Of a stretch of DNA of 64,000 nt, positions 1 to 15,906 are shown piece by piece. Source of the stretch: the human T2T-CHM13v2.0 reference genome, Homo sapiens; NCBI RefSeq assembly GCF_009914755.1, contig NC_060931.1. The stretch is one strand, 5' to 3'. Made by a program: the position numbers and the translations under genes. Each line of letters starts with the position of its first letter. Position 1 is the first letter of the stretch. The notes beneath the pieces are model-generated. The model was not told the origin of the DNA. It made no database searches and worked only from the letters and a program-made list of their open reading frames with translations.

Positions 1-344
1 AGAGAGAAATAGGGAGGTAAACTGGAATTTTCTCTATAAAGCACAACAGCACAGATGTGCTCACAGCAGGACAGAAGTAGCAGGAAAGAGGGAAGGGCCA
101 TAGTCTATGTCCCCCACCTCCCTCAACTTTCTCACTTCACTAAGTATATTCCAGACTTTTTTTTTTCTCAAGGCCAAAGAGAATAAGGTTTAGAAGATGA
201 AAAGGTGGATAGAATTGTCCTATCTGCTTCGATTTCACTGGTAAACGTATAATAAAATAAAGGCAAAATACCTTATCTTTACCCTTATATAATAATAATA
301 GCTTACATTTATAAAAGATCTATTATATATTGTTACATACAACT

Positions 345-900
345 TCAGAAATTTTATTTTTTGTTTCTAGAATTTCCATTTGGTTGCTTCCTACTGTTTT
401 CCATTTCTCTACCAACACCTCTAATTTCTCTGCTAAGATTCTCATTCATTGAAAACATGGTTTGTTTTTCTCATTGGGGATAGTTATCACAGTCGTTTTG
501 AACCTTTTGTCTGTTAGTTTCAACATCTGGTTCATCTGAGAGCTGGAGTTGATTTTCTTTTGTCCTCATTCTCCATGATCTGGGAATTTTGGATTCTTTT
601 CCAGATATTATGAATGTTAGGTGGTGAAGATTCTGGATTCTGTTTTTTCTCCAATGAGTGTTGCTTCCTTTGTTTTAGCAGATAGTTCTCTTGTCTGTGC
701 ACAAACTGCAAACTGTTTCCAGGGCTACAAGTCTGGTCTTAGTGAGATCTTCTGTCCATAGCTAGGTTGCTTTGAGTAGGCTCCATGCATGTGTGGTTCA
801 GAGTCAGAGATGTGGGGAGACACGGTTTAGGGGCACCCTCTCTGGCTACCTTTGTGTTCTGGCTCCAGGCACTAATGCAACAACTGAAGACACTTGTTGA
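345..900 (-). mobile_element. Old L1M fragment (5'/ORF1-side)
   Basis: T-rich, resembles the L1M segment at ~58700-59050 (ttcaacatctggttcatctgag vs ttccaacatctgggtcatctcag); boundaries approximate. Confidence 0.55.
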
Positions 901-1062
901 TATGGGCTCCTGTAATTGCTCTACACGGTCAAGGCCAAAAATGAATATGTTGACTGAAAAGCCATACTTTCCAGAGGATAAAATTATTGCAAGCCAAGGA
1001 TTAAAACATCCATTTAAATCAAACTGCTTTGGCTGAAACCTTTTACTATGTTTATGAAGTCC

Positions 1063-1349
1063 GTCATGGCATGATGGCTCACACCTATAATCCTAGCACT
1101 TTGGAAGGCAGAGGTGGGCAGATCACTTGAGCCTGGGAGTTTGAGATTGGCCTGGGTAATATAGCAAAACCCCATCTCTACCCCCCAAAAAAGACAAAAA
1201 TTAGCCCTGGTGTGGTGGCATGTTACTCAGGAGGCTGAGGTGGGAGGATCACTTGACCCCAGGAAGGTGAGTCTGCAGTAAGCCATGATCATGCCACTGC
1301 ACGCCAGCTGGGACAAAAAGTGAGACCCCGTCTCAAAAGAAAAAAAAAA
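1063..1349 (+). mobile_element. AluJ-like SINE
   Basis: Diverged two-arm Alu with A tail and a small right-arm deletion. Confidence 0.9.
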
Positions 1350-2124
1350 GTCCATCACGAATTACTTCATTGCTATCCTTTTTTCTCTTGTTCTACATAT
1401 TTGACTAATCTTCATATCTATGAAATAGGAAGTCATAATTTATAATGAGTCTGTCTATTATAACTAGACGGACAAATAGAGTATAGGCTAATGTAAAATA
1501 TTTTGCATTTCCTCTCTCATCACGTCATTAAAAACTGTCTTAAAGAGCGGAGTTATTCTGAATCAAATATGATAGCCTAAATGCAAAGGATCGACAGATT
1601 AAGTTGAATTTGTGGTCAATCTTTATTCTTAGCAGAGCAGCAGCTAGCTAGAGTTTTAAATTAGAAACTGCTTCTATGCTTTTCAAAGATATTACAATAG
1701 AATTTGATACTGAGCCCAGAATATTTAATAGGGAGGTCTAAGTAGTATCATTTATAGAAATGAAAGCTTTAATATTACTCATTCTTTCCATTTACTACTT
1801 GTTAAAAATAACATTGTATTTTAATTTTCATAAAGTAAATGAATAGTCCTGAAAAAATAATAAATGAGTATTTATGTGATAACTGAGTTCCAAACAAAGG
1901 TCCACTTTCTGGGCAGGGGCTTGTAGTGGGCATGGTAAACCCACTCAGATCACCCTAGATTCAAGCTTTTGTTGGAGAAACAGCACTGTATATATATACA
2001 TACCATATATATAACGTGGAAGGACCACATAACCCTAGATGTGACTGATTGTGCCAACATGGTTACATGGCTCAAGCCAGACAAGATTTTTGATCCAGAA
2101 AATTTGAAGTACTCTTCTTAGGGA

Positions 2125-3916
2125 TCATTTATATAGGTCTACTTATAATAGCATACAAAAGAATGAAATAGGAATAAATTTAAAAGATAAAGTACAAAAT
2201 TTATATTCTGAAAACTGCTACACAACACTGTAGAAAGAAATTAAAGATGACCTAAATAAATCAATGGGTATCCCATGTTCATGAATTAGAAGGCTTTATC
2301 TTGTTAAGCTGGGATGGCAATGCTCCTCCTAAATTGATCTACAGATTCAATACAATCCCTATCAGTAACTCCGCTGACTTCTGCGTAGAAATCAACAAGA
2401 CAATCCTGAAATTCATGTGGAAATTCAAGACACCCTCCATAGCCAAAATAATCTTGAAAACTAACAAATTTGGAGGACACACACTTTCTGATTTCAAAAC
2501 TTACTACAAAGTTTCCATAATCAAGACAGCGTGGACTTGACATAAGAATAAACATATAGCAATGGAACAGGATTAAGAATCCAGAAATAAGCCTTCACAT
2601 TTATAGTCAATTGATTTTTGACAAAAGTGTCAAGAAAATTCAATGAAGAGAGAACAGTTTTCAGCAAATAATGCTAGGAAAACTAGATATCCACATGCAA
2701 AAATGAAGTTGGACCCCTTCCTTATGCCATACACAATTAACTCAAAATGGATCAAAGAACTAAATATAAGGGTGAAAATTATAAAACTATTAGAAGAAAA
2801 TGTAGGTATACATCTTCATGACCTGGAATTGAACAATGATTTCTTAGTTATGACACCAAAGGCATAAGCAATAAAAATAAAAAACAAACTAGATATATAT
2901 CAAAATAAAAATCAAATTTAAAAACTTTCACGCTTCAAAAGACACTCTCAAGAAAGTGGGAAGGCAATCCACAGAATGTGAGAAGTTGCAAATCATGTCT
3001 GATAAGGACTTGTATCTAGAACATACAGAACTATTACAACTCAATGATTAAAAGATGAACAGCCCAATTAACAAACAAGCAAAGGATCTGAACAGACATT
3101 TCCCCAAAGAAGTTATAAAAATGACCAATAAGCACAAGAAAAGATGCTCAAATATTATTAGCCATCTGGTAAATGCAACTCAATACCACAATGAGATACC
3201 ACTTCCCTCCCATTCCCTCCCATCAGCAAAAAGTCAGATAATAACAAGTGTTGATGAGGACCTGAAAACACTGAAATCTTCATAAGCTACTGGTGAGCAT
3301 ATACATTGGTGCAAGCACTTTGGAAAAGTCTGGCATTTCCTCAAATGGTTAAACATAGAGTCAGTATGTGATACAATCAGTGTGCTTTTAAGTACAGAAC
3401 AAAGAGAAATGCAAACATACACCCACACAAAAACTTATACAGAAGTGTTCATAGCAGCTTTAGTCATCATAACTAAAACTAGAAACAACCCAAATGCTCA
3501 TCAACTGATAAACAGATAAATAAAATGTGGGATGTGTGTGTATGAGAGAATAAAATCAGACAATAAGAAGAAACAAAGAACGGATACATGAGACTACATA
3601 GATGAAACTTGAAAACACCATGCTAAGTGAAAGAAGCCAGTAACAAAAGACTATGTATTGTATGATTTCATTTATATGAAACATCCAGGATAGACAAATC
3701 TAGAGACAACGTAGACTAATTGGTTGCCTGGGGCTGGGGAGGACGAACAGATTGGGGTGACAGCTAATGGGTCTTGTTGGGATAATGAAAATGCTCTAAA
3801 ATTGACTTTGGTGATGGCTTTACAACCCTGTAAACATACTAAAAGCACCCAAACTGTACATTTTAGATGAGTGAATTATATGGTCTATAAATTATACATC
3901 AATAAAACTGTTAAAA
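2125..3916 (+). mobile_element. 5'-truncated L1 (L1MB/MC-type): ORF2 C-terminal remnant and 3' UTR
   Basis: Broken ORF2 peptides ([49 protein letters not shown]); ends aataaaactgttaaaa. Confidence 0.9.
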
Positions 3917-4844
3917 TATGAGTTATGTTCTCAGTTTTACAAATTTTGTAAAAGTGATTAAATAAAACTTCCCAATTCACCCCATTCTTCTAATAACATA
4001 TTATGCTTTTAGTGTACAGCATTTAATAACTTTGTTTACTATAGATATTACTATAACCAGTTTTTTATTATCAGTCATCTACTCCAAATGAATTCTGATA
4101 GTAAAGAAAAATGACCATGCAGGTAAACTGTAGTAAACTGTATTACTGTATATACAAGGCCGCAGGTGCACTGAAATGTGATAATTTGACTATTTCAATT
4201 AAAGAATTGCCTTAGCTAATTTTTGTGTAGACTAAAAACTGTTAAGCACTTGAATTCACAGTGACTGAGACAGCACAGTTTTTAAAAAAATAACGACACA
4301 AGGCCATTCTTCAAGGGAACTCCCTGAATATCCCATTTCTAGAAATTTCTATCCCAGCCCAAACTGGGGCATCTAAAGGACTCCAGTTAGTCAATGCCAG
4401 TAGGTTTCCTTTGTCTAATCATTTCTATTACCTTGTGACAAGAATCTTCATTCACAGAGTTTAAAAAAAAGCAGGGGGGTGGGGGTGCATTAAAATCTTG
4501 TCTTCAATGGCAATCATAATCACTTTTACCACGGTTCAGAAATTACAAACTTCACACACTACATCTTCTTGATCTCTAATAACTTTTTAAAGAGAGGAGT
4601 TTAAAAGCACCATCACCACTCTGCAAATAAATTAGCTGAGGTTCAAAAAATAATGATTTGACCAAAACCAATCAAGAAGAGCTGCAGAAAACAGAGCCCC
4701 AGTCCTTAGGTTCCAAATGACACTTACTGATGAGATGTTTTTGCAGAACTGGATTACTCCACTATCCTTCATTACATGAAGTTGTACCTTACAGTGTTTA
4801 TTCAAAGTGGGGGCTAGTGCTTAACATACAGACTGTGCTTCTTG

Positions 4845-4846
<2 letters not shown>

Positions 4847-4891
<45 letters not shown>

Positions 4892-4965
4892 AACACACAC
4901 ACACACAGGCCACTGGAGAAAGGTAAAAAAAAAAAAATAATAATAATAATAATAATAATAATAAC
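4847..4965 (+). repeat. (CA)n microsatellite followed by A-run and (TAA)n
   Basis: Directly visible. Confidence 0.95.
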
Positions 4966-6934
4966 TAAGAGCAAGAGAAGACTATAATAGGGAGATAGGA
5001 AATGTGGCTGTGGGTATTTAGAGAAAAGGCATCTTAAGAGTTTTTTTTAAAACCATAAAATTAGTAAAGATAAAAGAAAATCTTTAGAGTTATGAAACGG
5101 CCTAGGCGTTAGAAACAGCCACTTTCTAAGACTAATGGTAATGGTATAAATTGTCACTGGTTCTGGAATATTTTGTAATATGCATGGAAATCTTTAAAAA
5201 CACAACCCAACGACCACTAAATCTTGCTGGGGTTTAGGGTATGAAATGCCTGGATGTGTCCCCCACAGTCAACCCCATGACTGAGCCTTCCATGAGGAGC
5301 TTCTATGAGAATATGCAGTAAAGACAAGTTTCATCATTGCTGCAGCTCAGTTCATGTGTTTCTGAGATTTTCATTAACTTTTTGACAATAACTGTTTTAG
5401 TCCTCCTGCTGAATTATATTTATGTTATAAAATATGCCCAATCCTGAACCAAGGAACTGTGCTTCTAGTGATTAAGCTGTAGGTGTATTTGCTGTGGCAC
5501 TGTATATAATAATTTTTAAACTGGTAACAACATATACATTCAAAAATAAGAAATTGTTTAAAAGAATTCGGTAATTGTGTATGGAACACCATACTTTTAA
5601 TCATGATGTTTGAATGTTTATGTACATGAAAGATTCAAACTGCATTGCCATGGGACAAAAGGAATTAAAAAACTGTATATGATGGACAGACAGTGCAGGC
5701 ATAACATACATCCTTAGAAGAATCAGACTTTCAGCCTCCATCAACAGATGGAGATTCTAATGTGAACATGAGCAGGGAAGAAATGAATCCTTTTGAGAAA
5801 CACTGGTTTCTGTAAGGCATTCCGAAGGATATCCCAGTGAATTATGCAAAGAAGACATTTGCTTGAACTCTGAAGCTAATGAAAAATGAGTGTATATAAC
5901 ATATGCTATATAACTGAAGAAAGACACAGGGAAGTTTATGGCAACCCAAGGGCAGAGATAATGAACATCAAGACCTCTGGGAAGGAGAGAAGCCCACTCT
6001 CTTGCGGCTACATGGGTATGTAACTGTGGTTATTCAAAGACATGAGTTCTAACTCTCTCCGTGAAATCAGATTGTTACCTAGCTTAAGCAATGATCTCCC
6101 AAAAGAATGAGAGACACATTTCCAGGGAAGAATTCAGGGAATCTTGCATAATAAGTTGTTGCCAAAACTTGAAAAACAAAAAAACAAAATAAATGGCAGC
6201 AGATTTTTGTGGAACAAATCAAGTACCTATTCACCACATCATACGATAATTTATAAAGCCTATGTCAGTCCCAAGCCACAATGCTGAATAAAATACTATC
6301 ATACTACATTTTTATCTAAAAAATGACATTATCAGTTGGTTTTTATGGATGCATCAGAATGTAAACCTCTAGAAAACCCTGAAGACTCTGTGTGGTTAAA
6401 CAATCCTGGACTATGAATCTCTCTACAAACCATGCCAAATCAGATTTCTAGAGACATTTTATCGTTTTGTCCCTACCAAAAAAAAAAAAAAAAGGAAGAA
6501 GAAATGATATTTAGCAGAAATTCTTATACTGAACGAAAGAACAGCAGCAAAGGCTCTTTATCAGTAGGTCAATATTTATAAACCACAATGCAAGTGATAA
6601 AAAGTTTAGGAAGACATAAAATGAACATTATGCTGATAGGCTACTAATTATTAAAAAATTACTTTGCTTCAGAGCAACACGTTTCATTTGTTCTGCAGGT
6701 TGCATGTATGTTCATCTCCATGGTATTAATAGTAATAATTATTTAATAATCCCAGACTAATGTGGAGAGAAGTCTCAACATGCTTTCTACAGGGATATGT
6801 TTTTTAATCTAAGTTTTGTACCTAAAACATGAAGAAAGAAAATCTTTCATTACGGTCTATCAGATGAAGCTAAGCATATACTAAGATGACATCATAAACT
6901 ATCCTATTCTAGGTTTTCACATGGAAATGTTATC

Positions 6935-7237
<303 letters not shown>

Positions 7238-7344
7238 AGAAATTTTCTTTTAAAAATTCATTTTGAAAAAAATTTCAAAAACCTATATGATCACATTTTC
7301 ATGAAAGCATACTTACTTATACAAGCATAGAAAATATCTGGAAA

Positions 7345-7685
<341 letters not shown>

Positions 7686-8075
7686 CTATAACAATGTTTT
7701 ATTTACATATATAGAAATATGGCTGATTTTTATGTAAATGATTCTGATTACCTACATTTCTGAATTCTCTGTGGTAAGCCCAACTAAATCAAAGTAGTTA
7801 GAAAAAACAAACAAAAATCTACCTCATGGAAACAAGGAAGTACTTAAAAATAGAAGGTACAAATAAATATCAAAAATAATTGTGTCAAAAATGTTCTTAT
7901 ATTTTGACCGACCCAAGAATCTAACAATCTGTTCTAAGGAAATAATCCTCAATGTGGACAAACAGTTACTCACATATGTTCATGGAACCCCTTCTTGTAA
8001 AAAAAATCATAAATATATAGGAGAATGTTTAGATAAATTTTGGTTCAACCACTTAATAAAATGTTATCTGGCATC

Positions 8076-8366
8076 GGCCGGGCACGGTGGCTCAAGCCTG
8101 TAATCCCAGCACTTTGGGAGGCCAGGGCAAGTGGATCATGAGGTCAGGAGATCAAGACCATCCTGGCCAACATGGTCAAAACCCGTCTCTGCTAAAAATA
8201 CAAAAATTAGCTGGGCATGGTGGCACGAACCTGTAATCCCAGCTACTCAGGAGGCTGAGCCAGGAGAATTCCATGAACCCGGGAGAAGGAGGTTGCAGTG
8301 AGCCAAGATCGCACCAGTGACTACCGCCTGGGCGAAAGAGGAAGACTCCATCACACACACACACAC
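8076..8366 (+). mobile_element. AluSc-like SINE with (CA)n tail
   Basis: Full Alu; TSD AAAATGTTATCTGGC on both sides. Confidence 0.92.
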
Positions 8367-8652
8367 AAAATGTTATCTGGCTTCTGCACGTGATGTTTAT
8401 CCAGGTGTACTGAGGACACATGGAAATGTTAGGAAATCAAACATAGAGGTCAGTCTCCACTGTGTAAAGGACAGAGTTCACAGAAGAAGAAGAAAGATGC
8501 TAACAGTAGCAGTGTTTGCCTGTGGAAGGTGGGACTATGAGTGATTTCTCGTGTGTGTGTTTTCCACAATTTCCTCTCCCAAGTTTTCACCATAGGGATG
8601 TGTCACATTGATTAGCAGAAATAAATACTGGTAAAAAGTGGGCCAGAGCCAG

Positions 8653-9478
<826 letters not shown>

Positions 9479-11354
9479 TCATGAAATCAAAATACAAAAC
9501 AAAACATTGCAGATGTGTGCTCAGACCCAAAAATGGAATTTTTGTGAGGGATCTGAAGAATTCAACCTGATAATTACCCCTTCGCTGGGTTTGTATTACC
9601 TTGTAAAGTAAAAAATTCTGAGGACTTCCTGAGTACTTTGACCACTTCCCCCCTGGATTCTTGGTGAGGGGGGAGGCTCAAAGAGGCCAAGCTGACTCAA
9701 AACCCCTGTACCAGGTGGGGCTACGCAGCCCAACCCGCACAGTGATTGTATCCAACCAAGGCCCCCTGGCTCTCTATGATCTGCCTAACATTTTCCCAGA
9801 ACTCTCCTTTAAGATGGAGGTAATTTTTTCTAACACGTAAACTGAATAAGAACAAAAAGCCGTTATATAAGCAGGGATGGAGGGAAGGCAGCCCAGAGCG
9901 GTCACCCCTCGGGTTAAGGAGGTGCTCTGCCAGGGGTTATCAGAGAGTGACACGGAGGCTGGAGTCACCACTCGGGGGGCTCCCTGCAGGAGCTTAGAGG
10001 CACAGCCTCCTTGGTAACCGGCAGCCTTCCGCAGCACACTCATACTCAGCACTAAAAATAAGGCAGCACTATCTATACAGTGTGAGTCACTAGGAAACGG
10101 CGAAAATAGGACTGCACCAATGGCCTGCTACGGGAAGAGTATCAATTGTGTTTCCCAGCTCTTACAAACAAATCAGAGTCCCTGCGTGGCGGGCCATCCT
10201 CTTTCCAGTTTTCTCTTATCACCATTTTCTCTCCTGCTGGCAGATGAGCACACACATGCACACACACTTGTGCACACACATGTAATACATGTACATACAC
10301 ATAAACATGTGACTCTAGTACACACTTAGAGAAGAACCCACTCTAGGCTTCAGCAAATGATCTCACCCGGTGCTGCCTCAGCAACTTGTCCCTCTAAATA
10401 CATCTCACTGGCACTTCTCATCCAGAATGCTCTGGAAAGCCCTGGCTCTCCTGGAGAAATTCTCCAGAACAAGCACAGAACTTGACACATGAAGACTGGA
10501 GTCCCAGGTGTCACACACTCGATGTATGTCCTGGCCAGTTTATTCTCTGCTCTATAGTTTCCCAGCTCCCCTTTCATTAAAATAGGCTAACAAAACACTT
10601 GCCAGGTTACTGTAAATCTCAAGCAAATGTTAACTTGTGCTAGGTATTTGTATTTCCATTGGCCTTCTGGCTATCTCCAGCTGAAAAGTCCTGACAGTAA
10701 TTCAAATGTCCTTTATCCTAAATGGAACAAACCAGCCCCTTCCCAAAGCTGCATCTCCTATCTGCAGAAAGAGCAACCCAGCTTCCCGGCCACACAAGCT
10801 GTGCAACACTCCCCATATCCAATCTGTTACCAAGCCCTGTGCTCCACACCTTTTCTTTCACATTTGTTTTCTCCCTTTCTATTCCCCTTCTATTTCTAGT
10901 TTCGGCCAATATCACCTCCAGCCTCTTCCAACTTCCTGCCATCTTTTTACTACCACCGAAGTGAAATCCTCAGCTTTAACTGCATTATTTCTTAACTTAC
11001 AAATTATCAAATATCATCCAAACACCGCAGCACATAATATTTTATGGCCCAGCCTCAAAGGAGCAGAAATTGAAGGAAACTTCACATTCTTCCACTTTCC
11101 ACTCCTTGTTGGTCACCCACGCTCCTCCTCCTTCCCAGCTCACTCATGTCCAAATGCTCCCTATTCTTTAAGGTTCATCTTCAGCGTCCTCTCCACTGTA
11201 AAATCTCATGGAGTCCTCAAATAAATTCTCCTTATCCATTTTTGGAATTTCAGAAACACTTTATAGTCTATTTGTATGATTCTCATAGCATATATCAACT
11301 TCTACCTATAAGTAAAGGTGTCTCCTTTCTTGAACGGTAGAATCCTTAATTGAT

Positions 11355-11800
11355 CTATTCATTCATTCATTCAACACACACTTACCATATGCCTATCCAG
11401 TGGCAGGAACTGTGCTGGGTGCAAGAGATGCAAAGGTGTGCTAAGTAGACAAGGACCTATCCCTCTGGTGGGACATCAGGCTAATAAGCAAGTACAAACT
11501 ACGTGCTGAAACGGGGGTAGGACCTGGACTGGGAGAGCTCCCAGCAGGCTCCCTGTGTCTAGTCTAAGAATACAACACACTCAGTTCTGAACTGAGAATT
11601 GTAGAGGACAGGGGATGAGAGTGCCAGGAGAGAGAACAGCACACATGAGGTCCAGAGTGATAAGGAGTTCACTCAACAATCAATTCCATGAAGGCCTTGG
11701 CTTCTCCGATTCATCTTTGTGACTAGAGAGAGGCCTGTCCGCACACTGCCTTAAATATCATAAATGCTCATAAATGTTGGTTGCACGAACAAATGAATCA
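11355..11800. mobile_element. L2 fragments
   Basis: cattcattcattcaac...tgtgctgggtgc (L2 3' end, minus) and ataaatgttggttg..aatgaat (plus). Confidence 0.6.
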
Positions 11801-14800
11801 ACACATTAGTCTCTTATTTTTAGTCTAGATTAAACTCCAACATGACCCTATTGCATGGCATGATCTGTTACTATCAAAGTGCTCTACAGGTGACCGATGG
11901 GACGCCATTCTACAGTGAGCCACTCAGATAGATGGAAGAAATCCACAGGCCCCTGTCTCACACCTTGGATGCCTGTTTGGATGCCCAGCCATGCCCAGCT
12001 GGCTGGAGGCGGGGCTCCCCGCACTGAGCAGCAGTTGCAGGAATCTGTGATGCTTTCCCAAAGTGAGGAAGAACTGTACCTCCTCCCAGAGCTTTCCTCT
12101 CCGAAAAAGCTGGCGTGGCTCTTCTCCTAACAGACCTGGTCCCAGACGGACCACCTCCAGTAGATGCCCCTGAACTTTAAAAGCTGTACTGCAGAGGCCT
12201 CCCTCTTCCTGGTCTCCATTTTCCAGCCCTTTCCCTTTGCCCTAATGCTCATAAGTGACAGGGAAGGCTGCAGTGGGAATGAGGGAGAACCCTTCAAGAA
12301 ACAAGGAAAAGCTTTAGTATATGACATCACAGATAAATATATTAAAGGGCTGGGGGGATGGAGAGAACCAAATTCAAATCTGCTAACTTCAGGCTCCATC
12401 TATGAACAACAGAAGGCAAAAAGTGAAGGCCGATTTCTGGGTTATCATGAAGCAGGAAGATGAGCACTCAGGACCTGTCATGAAAATACTTGCTTTCCCT
12501 CACTGCTTTGCCCTGGTTATGAAGCAAGGTCATCAACAAATGAACAACATCAAGAAGGCAGGCAGAGGCTCAATAAGCTGAGAATGGAGACAAGGCCTCT
12601 TGGATTTACCTGAATTGAATGTAAAGAGCGACTGAGACCTTGTAGACAGCATGTTCCCTTTTCCTTAAATAGCAAGACAGCACAGCCTCGAGGCTGAGGT
12701 GGGGGAGGACTGGCGTCAGGGTGAAAGGGGCCAAACACTGGCCCTGCCACTTGCTTGCTGTGAGCATTTGCGAAGGATTTATAGCATCCCTGGAAAACTG
12801 GAAGCACAATTTTGCTTTCTACCCCCAGATAGAAACGTGGCCTTGCTCCTGCTGGGTTTAGCTTGAGATTCAGGAAGGACGATGCTCTGTGCATGTTCCT
12901 TTAAGAAGCAGCAAGTGGATAGTTGGTGTGTGGTCTTCATTAGTGGGAATACCATCCTGAGTGTGGAAAGGCCACAGTGAGACAAGCATTTGGTGGCTTT
13001 CTCAAGGACTCCAAGGGAGTGGGGGGTGTCCTTGGCATGGGAGGCTAGAAATAAAGCTTCACTAAGATCTGCTACTTTCATCTATTTCACTGCCTTGCTC
13101 CCATGAGTGTCTGAACCTGCGACTAAACAACTTGAAAACAAAAATTAAGTCTGCATATGTCTCCTTGTGCTGCTGAAACACTGCAGCTATTGTGGGCAGG
13201 TTTCAAATCTTCTGAAGCTGTAAGCCTCTTTTTATTCGTCTCTAAAATAGACATAATAATCCTTGTGTCTTGTGTCTTGTGGAGACAGAATGAGATACTG
13301 CATATGGGAACTTTCTGGCTCAGGTCCCAAAGAGTCCCCTAGACACTACTGCTGCTGGGTGTGGCCACTGCAGCTATTTTCTGCAGCTATTTACTGGGAT
13401 AAGACCAGTGGAAACCCTAGCAGGCAACCTAAAAATGATAGATTCTCAGCAGTCTAGCCAGTTTGGTAATGTAAACATTTAAAGAGGAGGGACAGGAATA
13501 ACAAGAAAGCAAAGGGTTAATAAATACCCCTTACCCTTTTAACCATGTTGTCCCAAGCACCATCTCGGGAGTGTGCACCACTTCTCATTGGAAAGTTTGT
13601 AGGTTTGCAGAGTTCATGGAAGATTCTTCCTGCTCCTCTTTCTCTCGTCTTCAGAATGAACAAGTGCAGGAAGTATGCAGAGATGCCCGCACAGGGCCAG
13701 TTCTTATGTAACCATGTGATTCTCAAATTGGTTCTTGTCCCTTCCCATTGGAAAGGTTTTGACAGTCTTCCTACACATACAAAATGCCATCCCCAGAATT
13801 AGAATCCCACGCCATGAAGCCAGCTCCCAGCATAAAAATTACTTCCCGGCAGACGTGAAACAGACATGTCCGAGTCTGGACGTCGTGCTCACACCTCCTC
13901 TCCCGAGGTCACATCACACTGAATTCAGAGGTAGGAAGGGCACTGTGACAAATAGTCACCACTTGAAAAAATGGAAAACAAAATAAAAAGTACCACAACA
14001 GCACACTGTCTCAGGAGAAAGGATAAAGATAGAAGGCATGCTAGCTTTGCGTGGAGCTGATTGATGGCCATCAAAAGCAGGTCAATGGGAAGCAGGTAAC
14101 TGGATCACAGGACTCTTAACTGGTCATTCCTTCCCTCTCTTGCCTGCACCCCAGAATAACCAGCATGATTCTCAGGGGTGCTTTGATATGATCCTACTAG
14201 AGGCAAAATCACGAGTACAAGCACCTACAGAAAATCATCAGAGGAAGAGGTGCTGGATGCCTATAACTACCTTTCCCAGGTACCAGGACCCCATCACCAC
14301 TCAGCCCTGCCAGACTCTGGTGGTCCTCTGTCCTAGCACTGTCCAGCCTAGGTCCAAGGCACTCTCCAAAGGGTATCGTGGATGGAGTCATCCAATTGAA
14401 AAATGCTTCCTGTCATGGACAGTAATATTGATTTAATATATGTTGTGGTTTTGAGTCTTATCTGCTTTTGAAAATCTGCACAAGAGCAGGCAGCATAAGG
14501 ACATCCTCGGCCATGTGCCTACATGCTAATTCCTGAGTAGCAAAAATACAGAGCAAAAAATCCACCGCTTCCTTCACTAAAGAGGCTCTTTGAGGGGTAT
14601 AAAAGTCCTGCACTGCTAAGCACTCTTACGAAATTCTCTAGAATTCATGGACTTTGGGATATGCCACTCCTGACAATTAACTGTTTTTGAAGCCATGTAT
14701 TTCTACTCTCAGACCCAGCTGGTTATAGTCAAATGAAGAATGTCCCCAGTCATCTGGGTTACTGTAAATGCATTCTGCAGACTCATTTCCACCATCAGAT

Positions 14801-14829
14801 CCAAATGACAATCATCAATTGTAAAAACT

Positions 14830-15035
14830 TACTAAAACTGGCTCCATGCCAAGGCTTCTCAGAACTTAACATCAATTAACTCATTAATGTCCATAACAAG
14901 CCTGGGTGGGAGATACGACTATATCCAACTCACTAATGAGGCAAGAAACACTTAGGTAAATTGTTCAAGATCACACAGCTAATGAGCAATGAAGCTGGGA
15001 TGCAAAACCAGGCAGTCTGGCACCAAAGGCTGCAC
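14830..15035 (-). mobile_element. MIR
   Basis: Core-like aggtaaattgttcaagatcacacagcta...aaccaggcagtctgg. Confidence 0.7.
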
Positions 15036-15468
15036 TCGTAAAAGCTATGTTTTATTAGCCTCAAACACAATTGACTTGCTTATACATTACGAGACCCTGA
15101 CGTTTCTTTGCCCTTGGTTCCCTATGTGTCACCCTTGCACCTGCTGGATGGTGCCCTTTTGCTCCAAAGCGCCATGTGCAAAGAAAGGATGCCAAGGAAG
15201 TTTGCACAATACACTCAGGGACGAAGGATTGACACTGTTTAATATGTTGCCTCTCCTTCCGCCACAGCCAGGGGACAGAGTTATTGGAGATTTTGAGCTA
15301 AAAGGGGGAAGGAGGAAGATTCTGGCTGGAAAAGCATTTTTCTGAACCTGCTAAACTTACCCACTTAGAAGAGTCCCCACTAAGTCCTCCACTTCATGAA
15401 CACATCAGAGCTGCTCTTTATTGAAGTGCCATCAGCCTGCAGAGTTTCTCACACACATGCCTTTGATA

Positions 15469-15488
15469 GGCGCGCCCCCTAGTGGACC
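15469..15488 (-). promoter_or_regulatory. CTCF motif
   Basis: Minus strand GGTCCACTAGGGGGCGCG, exact match to core CCASYAGRKGGCRS. Confidence 0.7.
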
Positions 15489-15765
15489 AGAGAACAGATT
15501 CAACCCTAACTGCCCACAAATGTCCCTCCTAAGGCACCACAATGCGTGCTAAATAGGAAAGGAGTTTGGAAAAACAGGACTGGAAGAAACCTGTCTCTTC
15601 ACCTGGTGTTCAATAACCATCCCTGAGAAATTGTGTCTGGAGTTAAAGTTAATTACCGTAAAAAGTAAGAAGAACGAAGGTCAAGTATTATCATGGTAAT
15701 GAATCATAGGTCATTTGTTTTTAAAATTTTTCCCTTAAAATAGTTCCTCTAAAAATATGAAAACG

Positions 15766-15906
15766 GGCTGAACATGGTGGCCCACATCTGTAATCCCAGC
15801 ATTTTGGGAGGCTGAGGTGGGAGGTGGAGGTTGCAGTGAGCCATGATGATGCCACTGCACTCCAGCCTGGGCAAAAGAACAAGACCCTGTCTCAAAACAA
15901 AACAAA
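15766..15906 (+). mobile_element. Internally deleted Alu (monomer length)
   Basis: Left-arm start joined to right-arm end at GGGAGG. Confidence 0.85.

Noticed and set aside
2301-3285. L1 ORF2-like ORFs
   Set aside because: Fragmented by stops and frameshifts; a dead element.
10706-11224. 172-aa plus-strand ORF
   Set aside because: No recognisable domain; pyrimidine-rich old repeat-like DNA antisense to ELMO1.
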